This document shows positions 26,385-40,200 of a DNA stretch of 64,000 nucleotides, in pieces. How positions within the stretch are numbered: position 1 is the first letter of the stretch; each line of letters begins with the position of its first letter. The stretch lies in NCBI GenBank assembly GCA_002633005.1, contig NMRA01000321.1, positions 430,724 to 494,723 of the forward strand. The letters run 5' to 3'. Both the position numbers and the translations under genes were made by a program. This stretch comes from Phoronis australis. Lineage: Eukaryota; Animalia; Phoronida. The notes under the pieces are model-generated. The model was not told the DNA's origin, did no database searches, and worked only from the letters and a program-made list of their open reading frames with translations.

Positions 26385-29300
26385 TCAGTCGCAACACATG
26401 TCAACATGTGTCATGAACGCGTGGTCTTTATCAGCGGGGTACAGGCGCCCACAGCGAGGACACTCCAGGTTCTCATCCGACACATGTTTGGTCGAGGCCT
26501 CTTTGGGTTTCTCCATCTTGCGAGGAAGTGACGCGATGCCGGGTCTGATTTCGCCAAATCCATTGCCACTCTCATTGTTACCTTTAACACCGTCAATGAC
26601 CAGGTCATAGGCAAAGGCGTCGGCAACGTCTCTGCCTCCGAATCCACGGGCGACCAGTTCGTTATTGTACTACAACAAAATATAGACGCATGTTTTGAGC
26701 ATTCTGTTGTAGACGGAGTGAAGTATGACATTGATTGAACGGAGATCATGATTCACAGTTATCACAACCACTCATATAAAAGAGGCGAGAAAATGGCACG
26801 GGAGCATGTCAGAACTTTACATTAATTATACAATTACACGTTTCAGTTAATTCATTGTTGTTCGTATTGTAAGGCTGGGAAGATTATGTGTTGCCAAAGT
26901 ATGCCCTGTTCTACCAGGATGATTAGCAGACGATTGATTATTTTGCTACTCACCCCGTACTCTTGTTGGTACCGATTAAGGGACACTTGTCTACGTCCGT
27001 AAGAGGTTCTCCGATCTGGCTGAAGATAGGCGAGTTGGTCCTTTAGGTGTTTATTCTCAACTTCAAGTGCCGCGATCCTTTCATGGGCCTTCTCACGGTC
27101 TTGTCTTTCAAGCTCGAAATCGTCTGTGCAGCTCTGAATTTGTGCCTTGAGGAATTCTATAAAAACACTTGAATACTAAAGTACGAAAACGACCATTGCT
27201 ACTTCGTCTACTGGAAGGTCATATACGTTGTTAACAAGGGCATTATTGCCAATGATTGATCAAAACGTTAGATGTCCTCCGGAAAAACCAGTTAGAATGT
27301 AAAGAATTCAACAGAACAAACTCTCAATTTGAAAACATGCACGAAAGCCTGTCCATTTTAAAGATTTATTTTGGCGAGAAAAGTGATTTTCCAGGATTAG
27401 AATCAGCGCGTTATCGAGCCTGGATCCACAGGGTGCCAGTCTAACGCTCTGCTGGTGCAGATGATCCCTAAATGGCAGAGCATTTTAAACGTACAGTTCA
27501 CAGATAAAGTCATCGACCTTGCTTTCAGTGAACGGTTGGATGATAACGACAAGAATTGGAAATTTATACTAAAATATTAAAATCGACGGATTTTTAAGTT
27601 AATAGCATCAAATAGTCAATACATCCACCACCAATAATTCCAAAAATATGTTTTTGACTCTAATGTCGCTTTAACGGCATGGCTCCACAAGAAATGTAAT
27701 TTTAGGAAATTAGCAGCACCGTATCAAACTGACAAGGTTCGTAGTAGCACGCGAACGACCTGCCGCGGAGCCAAGTCTCACGTGTTAAATACCCCAATAT
27801 GTTAAGCATGTTTATATCGAAAACATGCCGTCCTTGATTTCAGCGAATGCGACATAAACTGTACAACGCAAGACTGGCAATTTGTAATAAAATCACAAAA
27901 ACAAGATCGAACAAAATGCGTTTTTTTCCATGAGACCGATGATGTCCCCTAAAGCGAAAATAAAAAGTATCGATGAAGCCTCCTGACTCACCAATATGTT
28001 CCTTGTCCTCGGGCCGGCTCTCCCCGCCCCCACCAGCCTCCAGTAGAGTCTGCAGGCGCCTTTTCTCATCCTCCTCCTGTTTAAGCGCCATCTCTAGGGC
28101 TTTATTCTCACTGAGCACCTGAAAAGTCACGTTAAAATAATAAGTGATTCTCTGTTCCGGACAGAGAGCTGAGCGTAGCCGTTTGTCCGCAGTACATGGT
28201 AAGCGAATAACAAGAAACCAATTTACAAAATTAGTCATACAATGTCTATCAACTCTGGAAAGTTTTAAAGTGAACCAGCCGTTCTTAGAAAGCCGTACAT
28301 GTACATGCAATTGGAGATCAGGACAACCTGATGCCACTTTATAACTCCTACTGTTTCCACAACCGTGCCAAATCCTAAAAATCTCAGCGCATTATACATG
28401 TATGCTTTGCTCATCTATTACTCCACTAGGTGGCAAACCTATAACGGGTGAACTTGATTTACTTCGCCGGTTCAGCAGTGTGAACCGGCTTAGACATCTG
28501 TTTGGTTTGCATCCAAAAGTCGCCATCGGGAACCAATCATGTAGAACCTCACTAAAAACAAGATTTTGCGAGATTACGTTAAAAAATACCGTGTGTGGTA
28601 TTTTAAATGAGAACACTTGATTTTGGCTAGATTTTAGCGAGGTCCTAGCTTGAGTCCGGTGTTAGTCATCAATCGCGGACGAATACGGAACTCTGACTCA
28701 CATTTTCCTTTTCTTCCCGTTCTTCTTCAATTCTTTTTTTGGCTTGCAAGAGCAACTTGTCAAATTGTCTCTGGTGCTCTTCTGATGGAACTACAACAGA
28801 CAATCAGTACAGTTTCAAATTGAATTTTATCGTTCTTTATTTTTTTAAAGCGCGTCACGCAAACTCAAGGTACTCAAGGAAGACATTGATCACAAAACCA
28901 ATAAGGGATATAGATCAGGGAGTGTAAACGATTTTATGGCCACGTCAGTTAATTCCAGCTTCGATCGTCTGTACCCCAGCGCTGAACCTTCAAGGAACTT
29001 GGGTACGCATGGCATGTAACCGCGAATCTCAACTGCACCCACGCATGCTCAGAAAGTGCTCCATACCCAGGGACTTTACTCCAGACTTGGACAGTTGGTA
29101 CGTTAGAGGAAATTGGTTCCCGTGTTTGGCCACTATGTATATGTTTGGAGTGGTGCCATTGTGTCGAGAGTTAAGTGTTTCCTGGTCGGGACTGAGGTTC
29201 AGGAGACCAGTGACCTCTCTAGAGGCGATGCCACAGGATCGTTTCCGCTACATTTTCCTTAATCCTGCCCCTCCACGCTATCACAGCGGTAGGCCTACAC

Positions 29301-32300
29301 TTGTACAGCAGGGCGGATTATACTGTACTTCAAGACATGAGATGTGTCCTGCATTGAAAAAGTCCATTCATTGGTTTTTGTTCATGGTTTGACTGCAATC
29401 GTTTTCTCGTGAAAATAATAACGCATTTCACTTAAAATATGTTTGAGAATTACACTCTTAGTGATATTCAAGTATTGCAATTCTTCAACACATTGGCCCA
29501 CACAAATTTGCAAATTGATATTCCAAAAACAAGTACTGAGTAAATTGCTTGAAAATTCCGCGAGTGTACATGTATAAGATGCTGAAACAATGGAATTCAA
29601 TATCATAAGCATACGCTTAAGAAATGCAATTTATCAGAGTGCATACATTATAACATCACAAACACTGGCCAACACACTTCAGTTCATACGAGCTACATGT
29701 ACATGTAAGCTCAATGCAGCCCTACCTGGTCTAACTTCTCTAACTTGTGATTCCAGCTCTGCGATTCTATCGTTTAACCTCGAAATTTTGCGTTCCTGTT
29801 CTTCGTTAAATGACTGCCATCTGGTGTTCATCTGTAACACTTCGTTATATTGCAGCCGCAACTGTTCATTCTCCACTAGTTGCTGTAAAGAATGAAAACG
29901 AGAACAAGATTTGAAAACACCCAGTCAGTTACAAAAGGAGGGGAAAGCAAAACGGACGAGTGATTGAACTAGTTCGTCTCTTTGAAGAGAGAAACAGGTT
30001 TATCAAGTTTATAGTTTGCTTGCAAAGAAATTTCAGTTCTTGTGTCTCAAGAAATCTAACTGTATTATCTCAAACACGTTTAAAACATGCTTGATGCCGA
30101 GGCAATCACAAGTTATATCTCTCAATCTTGTAAACAGATACGGCAGGGAAATTGAACCTTGCATAATAGAAAGCTCGATCAATAGGTCCCATGTTTGTCT
30201 AAACACCCTCATCAGAATTTATTTTGTGTTTTACCCTGTTAACTGACTTAATTCGAAAACTGGTCTAAGCATTTCACTTTCATCTATCATCGGTATCATA
30301 GCATTCCTTATCGTGACGTAATTCCAACTCTGTTACAAACACACAAGTCACAGGTAATTTAAGAGGTTGGTCAACTTCAATAAAATTTGAAGCACCTTCT
30401 TGAGTGATTGATGGCTTTGGTGTTCTTGTTTGGTAATGCAGATTGAATCATATGAATACTATTAGACCGACTTTATTATAGTTAAAAGATTATTCAGAAA
30501 AATCTAAACACGTGACCAGTAGGTAAATGGAAAATTCAAATACGACGCAAAACGATTATTGTTGATAACATTTCATGGAAACACTATAATCATAGTTTTG
30601 ACCGAGTGAACAATCGGTGATAGGTTTGTATTTGACACCACAGAATCCCACCCATGAAAATAACTAAGATAACATTTAATGTGCTTTGTAATGCGGTTAG
30701 CGTTATGGGAACTCCCAGCTTCACCATTGTCGCACTCACGATTCTAAGCAATTGATAGCAAAACACCAGTATCAATAACATGACCAGATTTCATTTGATA
30801 CAAACTATTTGAGATGAAATCTCAAAAATAGTGTTGCAAATTCTAAATATCGTTTTTATTTTCTGCAACTTTTGTGTTTCTCATGAAAATGTGACAAACG
30901 TTCTAACACCTAATGCAAAAAATGGAAAATTAAAAATAATTTCTAACACGGTTTGGAGAAAATTTCATAGAGTCGACCATCTGGAAGTTTCAAAGTTTTT
31001 AAATTCAGAAAAGACTAATCGTAATAAAATACTAGTAGCCATTTCTGAGATATGTTTAGAAGTTAGATAAATTTGGGCATTTTTCTAAAGTTTTAAGTAA
31101 CGTTGAGAATAAGCTATTATAAAGATGCAAATATTTAACCTGGGTGGAAATAGAGATCTATCATCGGCAGGGTTGGGCAGCAGACTACTTACATCACTAT
31201 CAGCAGTGTTGGGAAGCAGACTACTTACACCAGTCGACATTCTCGTGTTTTCAATATTAGTGCACACACGAAATTCACTTTTGCATTACACACAGATTCC
31301 CATTCAAACCACAGGAATCCATCCACTACTGATACAGCTCAGAAGAGTTGGTAACAATTGTACAGTGCTCTATTTTCCAGCTACATTGCAACCAGGATTT
31401 GAGCCTGGGGTTTTCCAAGACGAAGTTCAAACTACCATATCACGTTACCTATATCTTCTCACCTGAGTCTGGTCTCCATTCCTCGCCACGCAGTGCTTGT
31501 AGTCTTCCAACCGGCGTGCCAGTTCCCTGCACTGCTGTGAAGTCGTCTGTAGTCGTTGTTGTAGGTGTTCCCGATCTTCATTAAGAGATTGACGCCGACT
31601 TTCCTTCACCGAGCTAGTTTCGCTCATGAACTTGATTTGTGACTTCAACTGCATAATTTCCGAGTCTTTTTCGTTATCATTGCTAGCCATTGCTTTTCGT
31701 AGAGTTTCTAATTCGTCTTTTACTTGTTGCAGATGGGTTAACAAAGTTCTGATGCGCTGCTCCTTTTGCTGTTTTTCCTATAAATACATAACTAAAACTT
31801 TTAAACATAGTTAATTCTGAATCGTCAGATTTTTTCAAACTGGATAATTTCAATTCTGCACTGGTAAGCTTGATACACAGAGGTTTGTGCAAATGTTTCA
31901 TGTTCCGGTTTATTGAACATGTTTGCAACACAGGTGTAAGTGGAACGTCCCTGAACATTTCAGAACAATTTCACGAAAAATAATTCTAAAAATTATTTGT
32001 ATTCTTTACACAACCCTAAGCGTGATTTACAGAAATAATTTAAAAGTTATAGTGTTCAGAGCTAAACTACACTGGGTAATTTTAACCGGGCTATGTATTT
32101 AAATCAATTCAGCGAATCTCTGGCAGAAAACGACGAGAATTGTTGATTTGCAGTGTAACTTCAAACATACAGCGGATGATGTTTTTAGTCCTGGTCAAAA
32201 CTAAAACAACTTGTAGTATTCTTTTCAATCCCACAATAATGCAAAAAAATGCGTTTTTCGGCAGTAAACTCGATGACGTTCATTATAACAACATGCTTAC

Positions 32301-33869
32301 GTTAGAAACTAGGTCGTAAGCTCGTCGCATAGAAATCGAGAGATACATGTAGGCGTATCCATTGTTCACTTGGTTTGTCTTTCTCATCATAAAGATAATG
32401 GCAAACATTTATCGGTAACGGGCTGATGTGTGTCCAAGGTACGATATCAATGCGACATGAACGGTAGTGTCCCATAGGCGATAACCATGCGACGCGCCTA
32501 CGCCCGTCACATGGTTATCGCAACTTAAACAATGTCTTACGACTTCCATACGACGTCATTTCGCATGGGACAAGTTTTCCGAGTAAAAATTGTGCAACAG
32601 GGTGAATTTCAATAGTTTTGTCTGAATATCTTCAAATTTCCTTAGAATATTTTGTACGATGGAGTGATTGTGGGGTGTCACATGAATTTCACGTTTCTTT
32701 ATTCATGCTTCTTTGGAAGTCCTTACAGTTGTTGTCTGTCAGTGAAAACCGGTAGAAGGCGCTGAATTTTTTCAAGGGAACCATGCCGACAGTCATCAAT
32801 CCCCAGTAGGAAGCATGCGGTTTCCGCCACGTCGCGAAGTTTGTAATCATAGTAAGTCCAACAGTCATGATTTATAATTTTTTGCATCCTTGTGGACATT
32901 TCATCACAGCCAAATAAGAAAATTCGTCAGCCGACTGATAAGACACGATTGGGTGTTGATAAAAAACAAGATTAATTTGAAAAAAGTCACCTGGGGCTTT
33001 TAATGTGAGCAACATATTCTCGATAACGGTATGGAAGGTAACTAGTTTTCACGATAAATATCGACAAACTTGAACATGTCCGTTTGAAACCATTGAAGGC
33101 GCAACTTATCAGTTTTTTTTAACAAGAGTTGTCCAGATAAATCCCAGGTTAATGTGTAGCGATCGAGCGTCTACACAAACATCTTGTCTATAGCTGCATG
33201 AAAATATATATTGGCGTTCAAACTTTGGTTAAATTGGGCCCAAATTTCCTTGTGCATTAACAACTCCAGAAGACTGATTTCATTTCCTTAGTAAATGTAC
33301 ACTACCATTCTTCACAGGAATAAACTCCTGCTGCACGAGCGTTTAAGTAAATACCTTTCTTTTCTTATGAAGTTTACCTGTTTTAATTTTGATAATTCTT
33401 CGGCGGCATGCTTCAGCTTTTCGTTTGGTGTACATATGTCGCTTGCTATGCTCTCACAGTTGTCATTATCCATGGATGGATAGAACATTTCGTCTTTTTC
33501 TAAATTCAGTGAAGTTGAAGCACCAAGCTGTAACAGTCTGTTTTGGAATGCCCGAACGATTCCCTCTAGTCGCGAAATTTTGTTTTGTAACACACCTTTT
33601 TCTTTTACATTTTCTTTCAATAACACTGAGACTGTCTGAAAACCGTTCAAACGTGCCTTTAAGCTTTGCAGTTCCTTGTTCGCATTCTCTAGTTCCGTGT
33701 TTAAAAAAATATTTTCCTTTTTCAAATGTTCATTGTCATTGCGGACATTTCGTGTCGTTTCTCCTACGCCTGAATCCACACTAGAATTTGTCCTAACTGA
33801 GGAAGATTCACCTGTGCGACACTTTTCGGGTATCCTGGCATATATTCGTTCAGTTACCTGAGGATCCAT
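26385..33869 (-). CDS. TNIP2: TNIP2/ABIN-2-like ubiquitin-binding adaptor (CEP55/TNIP2 family), ~555 aa, 7 coding exons
   Basis: GT-AG, phase-consistent exons 33869-33378, 31777-31463, 29882-29726, 28790-28702, 28118-27992, 27156-26954, 26669-26385 (1668 nt incl. TGA). AHD1/EABR-like YNEVLQMNTRWQSFNEEQERKISRL; UBAN EFLKAQIQSCTDDFELERQDREKAHERIAALE (DFxxER intact); terminal NEMO-type CCHC finger LECPRCGRLYPADKDHAFMTHVDMCCD*. Candidate 5'UTR exon donor near 34713. Confidence 0.88.
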
Positions 33870-34816
33870 TTCAGTAATTCGTTTGTTTCTTAATCAAATG
33901 TCTGAAAGACAATACAACAGTATACAGGTGAGCATATAAAATTCTGAGGGCTAATAGCTGTATTTCCAAGTTTAAATATAGAATTAAACTCTTAAATAAT
34001 TTGTGTAAAATCATATGAGCCAACGTAAATAGAATCTTACCTTTTTACCTACGTTAATTTCGGGCTTTTCAGAAAGTTAAATTGACCAACTACTTTTACA
34101 ATTATTTTAATACGAAGAAGAAAAATCAGTAGTTAATCAAAGAAAAAAAGCAACGGTAGATGTAGAAAATTAATTTAACGCCAATAACAAATATTCTTCG
34201 ATATCGAGGCATTAAATTAAATTGCACAGTAAAAAAGGAGAGAATGGAGCCCCACACTGGCTATATGCCATAGCACAGTGTGGACGTGTGCTGTTTTTGT
34301 TACAGCTTTATAGCGTTGCTTCACATGATCATGACAATTTATTTGTAGTAGGACTTTCCCTTGGGCACGTCATGTCATACTGGGAAATCAGGTGAGTCCA
34401 GGGGAATTACAGAGGTCATGGGTATCGGCCTTAAGATCATCGTATAGGACGTTGGCTCAGCGAGTAATAGTTCACAGTCACAAACTTTAGCAATAGTTTT
34501 TCATTCAAATTTCCTGACTTGGATGGATAGACTGTTCGCAGGTATGTCATTAATTAAATTAGGACAATGCGAGAAGCTGCAGCTGTTCAAACAGACCACG
34601 AAGGAAACCCGAGCAACCCCTCCTGCCGGCATGATATGTTTGATCTCGTTATTTTTCAAAGATTAGTCTACCGTAGAAATTACACGAAACAAAATCAGGA
34701 GAACTCCACTCACCGAACGCTGTAGTCTGCTACAACAGCACTGAAAATGCGTTTTTAAAAGTCAGAGGGCTTCAATTGAGAAAGCCGGCAATAAAGGCGG
34801 CAGAACGCCGATAAAC

Positions 34817-34826
34817 GGGAATTTCC
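34817..34826. promoter_or_regulatory. NF-kB site in the putative TNIP2-like promoter
   Basis: GGGAATTTCC ~105 nt upstream of the candidate first-exon donor; TGACGT half-CRE at 34838 nearby. Confidence 0.55.
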
Positions 34827-35468
34827 AAAACCTGATGTGACGTGTCACGAACTAATGACCTAGTTACAGTGTATATCATTTTCACGAAAGACGTCGCTTT
34901 AGTCGGCTGGCGACAAACGATAGTGTTGGCTTACGTAGTAAATGCTAATTTTATCTATGCATTATATACTTGCGATTACATCTTTTTTGAGCGTTATAAA
35001 GTATAAGTAGTAGTTATATATATTTCCCCCAAGTAGCTATATAAGATGACAATAGTGAACAGGTGAATATGCACACAATTCTAATCCATTATTAGTAGAG
35101 ACATTAGTATTATTGGCCAATTGCTTGTTTCCATTGCATTTCAGACATTGTATGTTTTAGAAGTACAATGTACTTTTAAAAAAGAAAAAAGGACAGCCGT
35201 TTTTATTTTACGATTTTATGACGTTTGTATTACAGTCCCATGATAGAAACGCTGGGAAAAAGGGGGCTCCATGAAATATGAATACCTACCAATAAAGTAG
35301 ACACATACTGTGGCGTAATTACTATGTTTATTGCCCCTACAGCCCGAATGGGTAATAAAACTATTGAAATCGCTGTCGTCTGCTCCACTGTGCAATGAAG
35401 AAAATTCCTTCATTTAAAAAATGAAATCTGAGTGATAATGAAAAAACAGAAGCTGATGGTAAGATGTC

Positions 35469-35995
35469 AGCCTCAGTGAATCACTCAGAAACTCACAATT
35501 CTCTCTCCAAAGCAATCGTGTCATTATTGCCAACACAAAAAACGGATTTGATCTTTTGGGCAATTGAGGACTATTTTAAATACAACAAATTTGTTACGAA
35601 CTGATTGCACAAAATATAAAACATGCAATAAGCATTACAAAAAGAAGGAGGTTTCGCGCACATGTGGACCATAAACAAGTAGGTGTCTTAGTATCAAGTT
35701 AGGAGTTAAATCGTGGTGGTGTAGTGCTAAGCACGCGCGCTCTATCCGCCAGATCGAGAGTTCGTGTCTATGGCGCTCGCAATTTTTCCTGTTTGACAGT
35801 TTCTCCGTTTTTTATTTTTGCCTTTTTTTCTTGGATAATACTTCGGGAATCAAAGAAAATGCTTGATTTGTAGAGGAAAAATTAGAACAAAATCCTCCCC
35901 CCATCTGATGCTATGCGCATTTAAAATCGTGCTTTGAGCAAATGTTTACAGACAAAATGTTGGGCCCCCCTTGTGATATACTAGATCTGCCACTG
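35469..35995 (+). mobile_element. 5'-truncated, diverged MITE family A copy
   Basis: Colinear with ~10728-11306 including the tRNA-like segment; ends CTAGATCTGCCACTG. Confidence 0.8.
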
Positions 35996-37027
35996 TTACG
36001 CAACACGAAATGTCAAAAAGCAATGTTATGGTGAACTCTAACATCGCATTTCACACAAAAGCGTTATTTCTCAGGGCGACTCTAGCGTCAATAAAGTGAC
36101 CTACCCTATAAAACCTGACGCCGGGCAGCAAATTTTTGAGCAGGGTTCGGATTTGGGAACGTAGCTGGTGACTTGTTTTCCTTCGCCATGAACACGTTTG
36201 CAAATACATATCTATTTGGGGCTCCCTTTTCCCTCCATCGGTCGATTTGTACATGTGCCCTGCCGGGCCGCTGTACACACAGACCGGCAGACAGAAAAGA
36301 GGGTCGGTTACCAACATTTCGTCGATCTTATGTACTGTACACCCTGTATTTGGCGATATTTTGACGCGTGCAGTTTGGTTGTAGTGGCTTATGGCGAAGG
36401 TTAGAACAATTTAGATTAGCTGACCCTCTGCCCGTGACCATGTTTTTCCTCTTTGCAACGGGGAACTCCATGCAAATTTGGCAAGGTTTTTAAAATACTA
36501 TTACCATCCCATCCAACAACACATCTATAGATTGTTTGTTGAATACAGGTAGTCATATGTACCGCGGCATTCCTTTTGGAGATACGCTACGGATGTCAGT
36601 AGACAGTCGCCCAAGCAACTGGCGCGTAGGTCGATGCCTTGTCTGGATACAGTTCGTCCACCAAATAGTTCCGGCAACAGATTGTTGTGGCACGACACTG
36701 GAAGGAGGTAGTGGGTTCGAAACCATGTTACGCTGATAATTTCTCATTAAATAATCCATTAATCCATTGTGAATTCGTCACAGTTTCATAACAACCAAGT
36801 TCTCCAATTCAAACTTAAACATTCATCGAAGAGTTTTCCCAACTGATGAAATGAATTTTGAAAATCTGTGATATTTCTTCAAATCGATATTAAAAAGGTC
36901 TTGTGACTACAATCTTCTTGTTTTTGTAAATGTCAGTAATTCTGAAATAATGTTTTAAATTTCGTGAATTATTCAAGCGACATTTATTTGGTGATCTTTA
37001 CCAAGAAAAATGTTTTGGTTTAGGCTC

Positions 37028-37223
37028 CTTACCGTGTTGAAATTGGCCTTGGCACCTTACCGTGTTGAAATTGGCCTTGGCTTCTTACCGTGTTGAAATT
37101 AGCCTTGGCTTCTTACCGTGTTGAAATTGGCCTTGGCTTCTTACCGTGTTGAAATTGGCCTTGGCTTCTTACCGTGTTGAAATTGGCCTTGGCTTCTTAC
37201 CGTGTTGAAATTGGCCTTGGCTT
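37028..37223. repeat. 28-bp minisatellite x7 (CTTACCGTGTTGAAATTGGCCTTGGCTT)
   Basis: Seven nearly identical head-to-tail units without spacers. Confidence 0.97.
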
Positions 37224-40200
37224 CTTCCATACTTTGTATGTAAGTGATCTTTGGGCTCGGAAAGACTGAATGTCTTTCTTTCGTTCTTCAGACCAAGATC
37301 ACAAAATCTCAGGTTACGCCTTAACTTTGATCTTGATCTGAAGGTTTCAAAAAACTCGAATAAGAATCATTTAATATGTTACTTTGCCAAACCTTTTTTA
37401 TTTGATTTGATTACACCCTGACCCCTGTTTCACAAGATAATGTAAAATGGTATTAGTTGTGTGCGGTTTACATGTGCTTGCCGGAACTTGAAATTAAGTT
37501 TTTTGCAATACATAAAGCCTGTCGAAAAATCGGGTATTCTGAGGTTGAGCTAAGCAAGTTGAGCAACTATTTGAAGTGATGTTGCAGTGTGAGGCCAGCC
37601 GTGCTACATTCGCCATCGACAATCGCAAATTAAATTTAAATGGGTTGCTGCAGACTATCGGTAGGTAAATGCACCAGAAAGCTCAGTAGAGTTCCAGTTT
37701 GAAGTCCGCAACTTAGACTTGCGGACCAGTTCTGCGCGAGACTAGGATTCACGTGACTGACTTACTGGATAGGCCTATGCTTACCTAACATGTGCCAGGT
37801 TTACACTTGAGACTCCTGTGTTTTCGACTTACGGTTACGAGTTCTTAGTCGGCTCTTATATTTTAAGCAGTGCCAGGATGACTTTGTAACTACAGGGTAT
37901 GTTGAAAAGGAAACTAAAACAAATGTCGTCCAGAAAATTGCATGCATGACTCAGTGTTTTCTGAACTGTTTCGTTTCGATGACAGGCCAATCCCCTCTTT
38001 TCCTGCATGACAATCATTGACTATTAAACCAAAAGAAAAATGTGGAAACTTGTTCTGCAGTGTAATAAAAACACGTGTTGGAGCTATCCCTTGAAGCACA
38101 TGAGGTCGATTTCCCTAAAAAGGCCTTTGCGCTGTGTTTGGGTTTCCGTGACTGTTGGAACTTTGATACATCACACTATAAACATTACTCCCAGTTGATA
38201 CTTAGGCACAAAGGCAGGGAACGGTGAAGCATGGACACGTTACTAGATAATTCTAAGACAAGTGAACATGGTCAATGGTCACCTTCTATGTCGCACAGTG
38301 GACTGCGGATCTTGCGATGCCGCGAGATGGGAGGCCACGCTTGCCACAGGACAACAATTTAAGCAGTTATCCTCGAAAACACTTAGTTTCATTTTCACTT
38401 GGAATTTCGTCATTTGGCCTGTTCGGCGAGAGCCTGAACTAAACGTTCTAAAATAAAATTAAAAAACAGATATAGAGAATCCTACACGAGTCTCAGGTTG
38501 ATGACATGGGGAAAACCTCTTGGAAATTTCGTCAAAATCCCGAGGCTTATTTGTTTTCTCATATGAACCGTAAAAACGATCTTTTTTACCTAAAAAATCG
38601 ACGCGTCTAAAACTTTCAACCACATGACGTAACTTTTGTAATAACACGCTTGCTAATTGTAAAGTAATTCAGTCACTTTTTTATTAATTTTAGTTTTATT
38701 TTGAACTTAAAATTTCTAAATTGCATTCAGCTTTGGCAGCAAATATTCAAAAAATAGTCTTTGAAGTTTTAATATCAAAACTTAAAAATGTTCATAAATA
38801 ACAATCAACAAAGCTTACCCACGCGTGAGCACTGAATTGACCTTGAGATAGTCTTTCCGCGTTTCTAGAGTTGGGGCTCGTCTCCCTTTGAATGAACGCG
38901 GATATGGAATTCTTCGCCGAAGACGGGTCCGTTTAAGAAGTTTATTGTATGTGCTTCCGACTAGGAGTACGTACGGTTGCGACACCCGATTTGTCAATCA
39001 TAACCTTGTTACCTCGGAATTTCGGCATTGTTTGGTTGGCGCGCGTTTGGATTTTTAGTACTTTGAAGACGATAACTGAAATTTTAAGGCGTATGGATAT
39101 CTACTTTGCACTACTTTGTGACTTGCCCATGTAATATCAAAAAATTACGTTATTACGTTTGTTTATGTAATGAACGGTGCAAACTCTACTTTCTAAAAAC
39201 ACTATGTACGTACATCTGCCACTCTCCACATACATGTATAATCTTGAACAAAAACTCTACAGCTGGATTACATGGTAGACAATCCTTCATCCGAGTGAAT
39301 TAATGGGCTCGTGCCACTACTCCTCATAATCGTGGTACTTACTGTAAACTAGTTTTCCGATTTTGCAGAACACCCAGGCCCGAAAGACAAACTGGTTTAC
39401 GAGAAAATTCGTTTACCGTATTCACTTCGAGGTTATCTGACCTATGATCCATGTTACAGTTGTTTTCTAGTTGCACCGTTAGAGGGCGACAGTTTTTTGC
39501 GGGAATCGGTCAGTCATCAATCCCCTACAGAAGGAGTCATGTGACTGGTTTACAAAATGTCCCAAAAAGTATCAATTATTCAATTCCCATTGTTACAAGT
39601 GGGTCTTTATAATCTGCTTAGGGCTACAAAATGTTGGGTTTCTTCCATGCCAACTTTCTAAACCCTAATTTCACCTCACCCAGTCGAAAAGATAGCCAAG
39701 TACCTCTACCTCCGAGGGGGAACGCGATTGCGCCATTATGTAAACCCTGTACGAGAAAATGTCTCATCGAAGACAATTTCGGCAACAAAAAACAGACAAC
39801 TTTTCCAAGGTGAATTTGCTGGAAACACGCCGCACCTCACCGCCTAAATTTTCCCCGCCACAATACGGCCTAACTATAGGATAGGTGACGCGTCTTCCCT
39901 AGTTCAGCTTAACGAATAATGATAAAATATAATACATTTGCTTCAAACCTTTTCTTGTAACTAATTGGCAATCACTAGGGATCTAACAAAAACATTTTTT
40001 TGTATATTCTTCAGAAGCAGTAGCGACAAAAACAATTAATTTTTTTTATTCAAAATGTTATTCGTCTGTTCTCCTCAGATCAACGATTCAGTATGAGCCA
40101 AATATCAAAATTCCGTACTGTATTTGGTTAAATTAATGTGAGCTAGTGAATTTTAGCGAAAATTAGTCTTCCACCAAACTTAATTCTAGAGATGGGAATC

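Noticed and set aside
31160-31232. 39-bp two-unit tandem duplication giving a repeated SSLLPN peptide
   Set aside because: Intronic local duplication, not needed for the in-frame TNIP2-like model.
37028-37223. 28-bp repeat array as a CRISPR
   Set aside because: No spacers, no cas genes, eukaryotic context.
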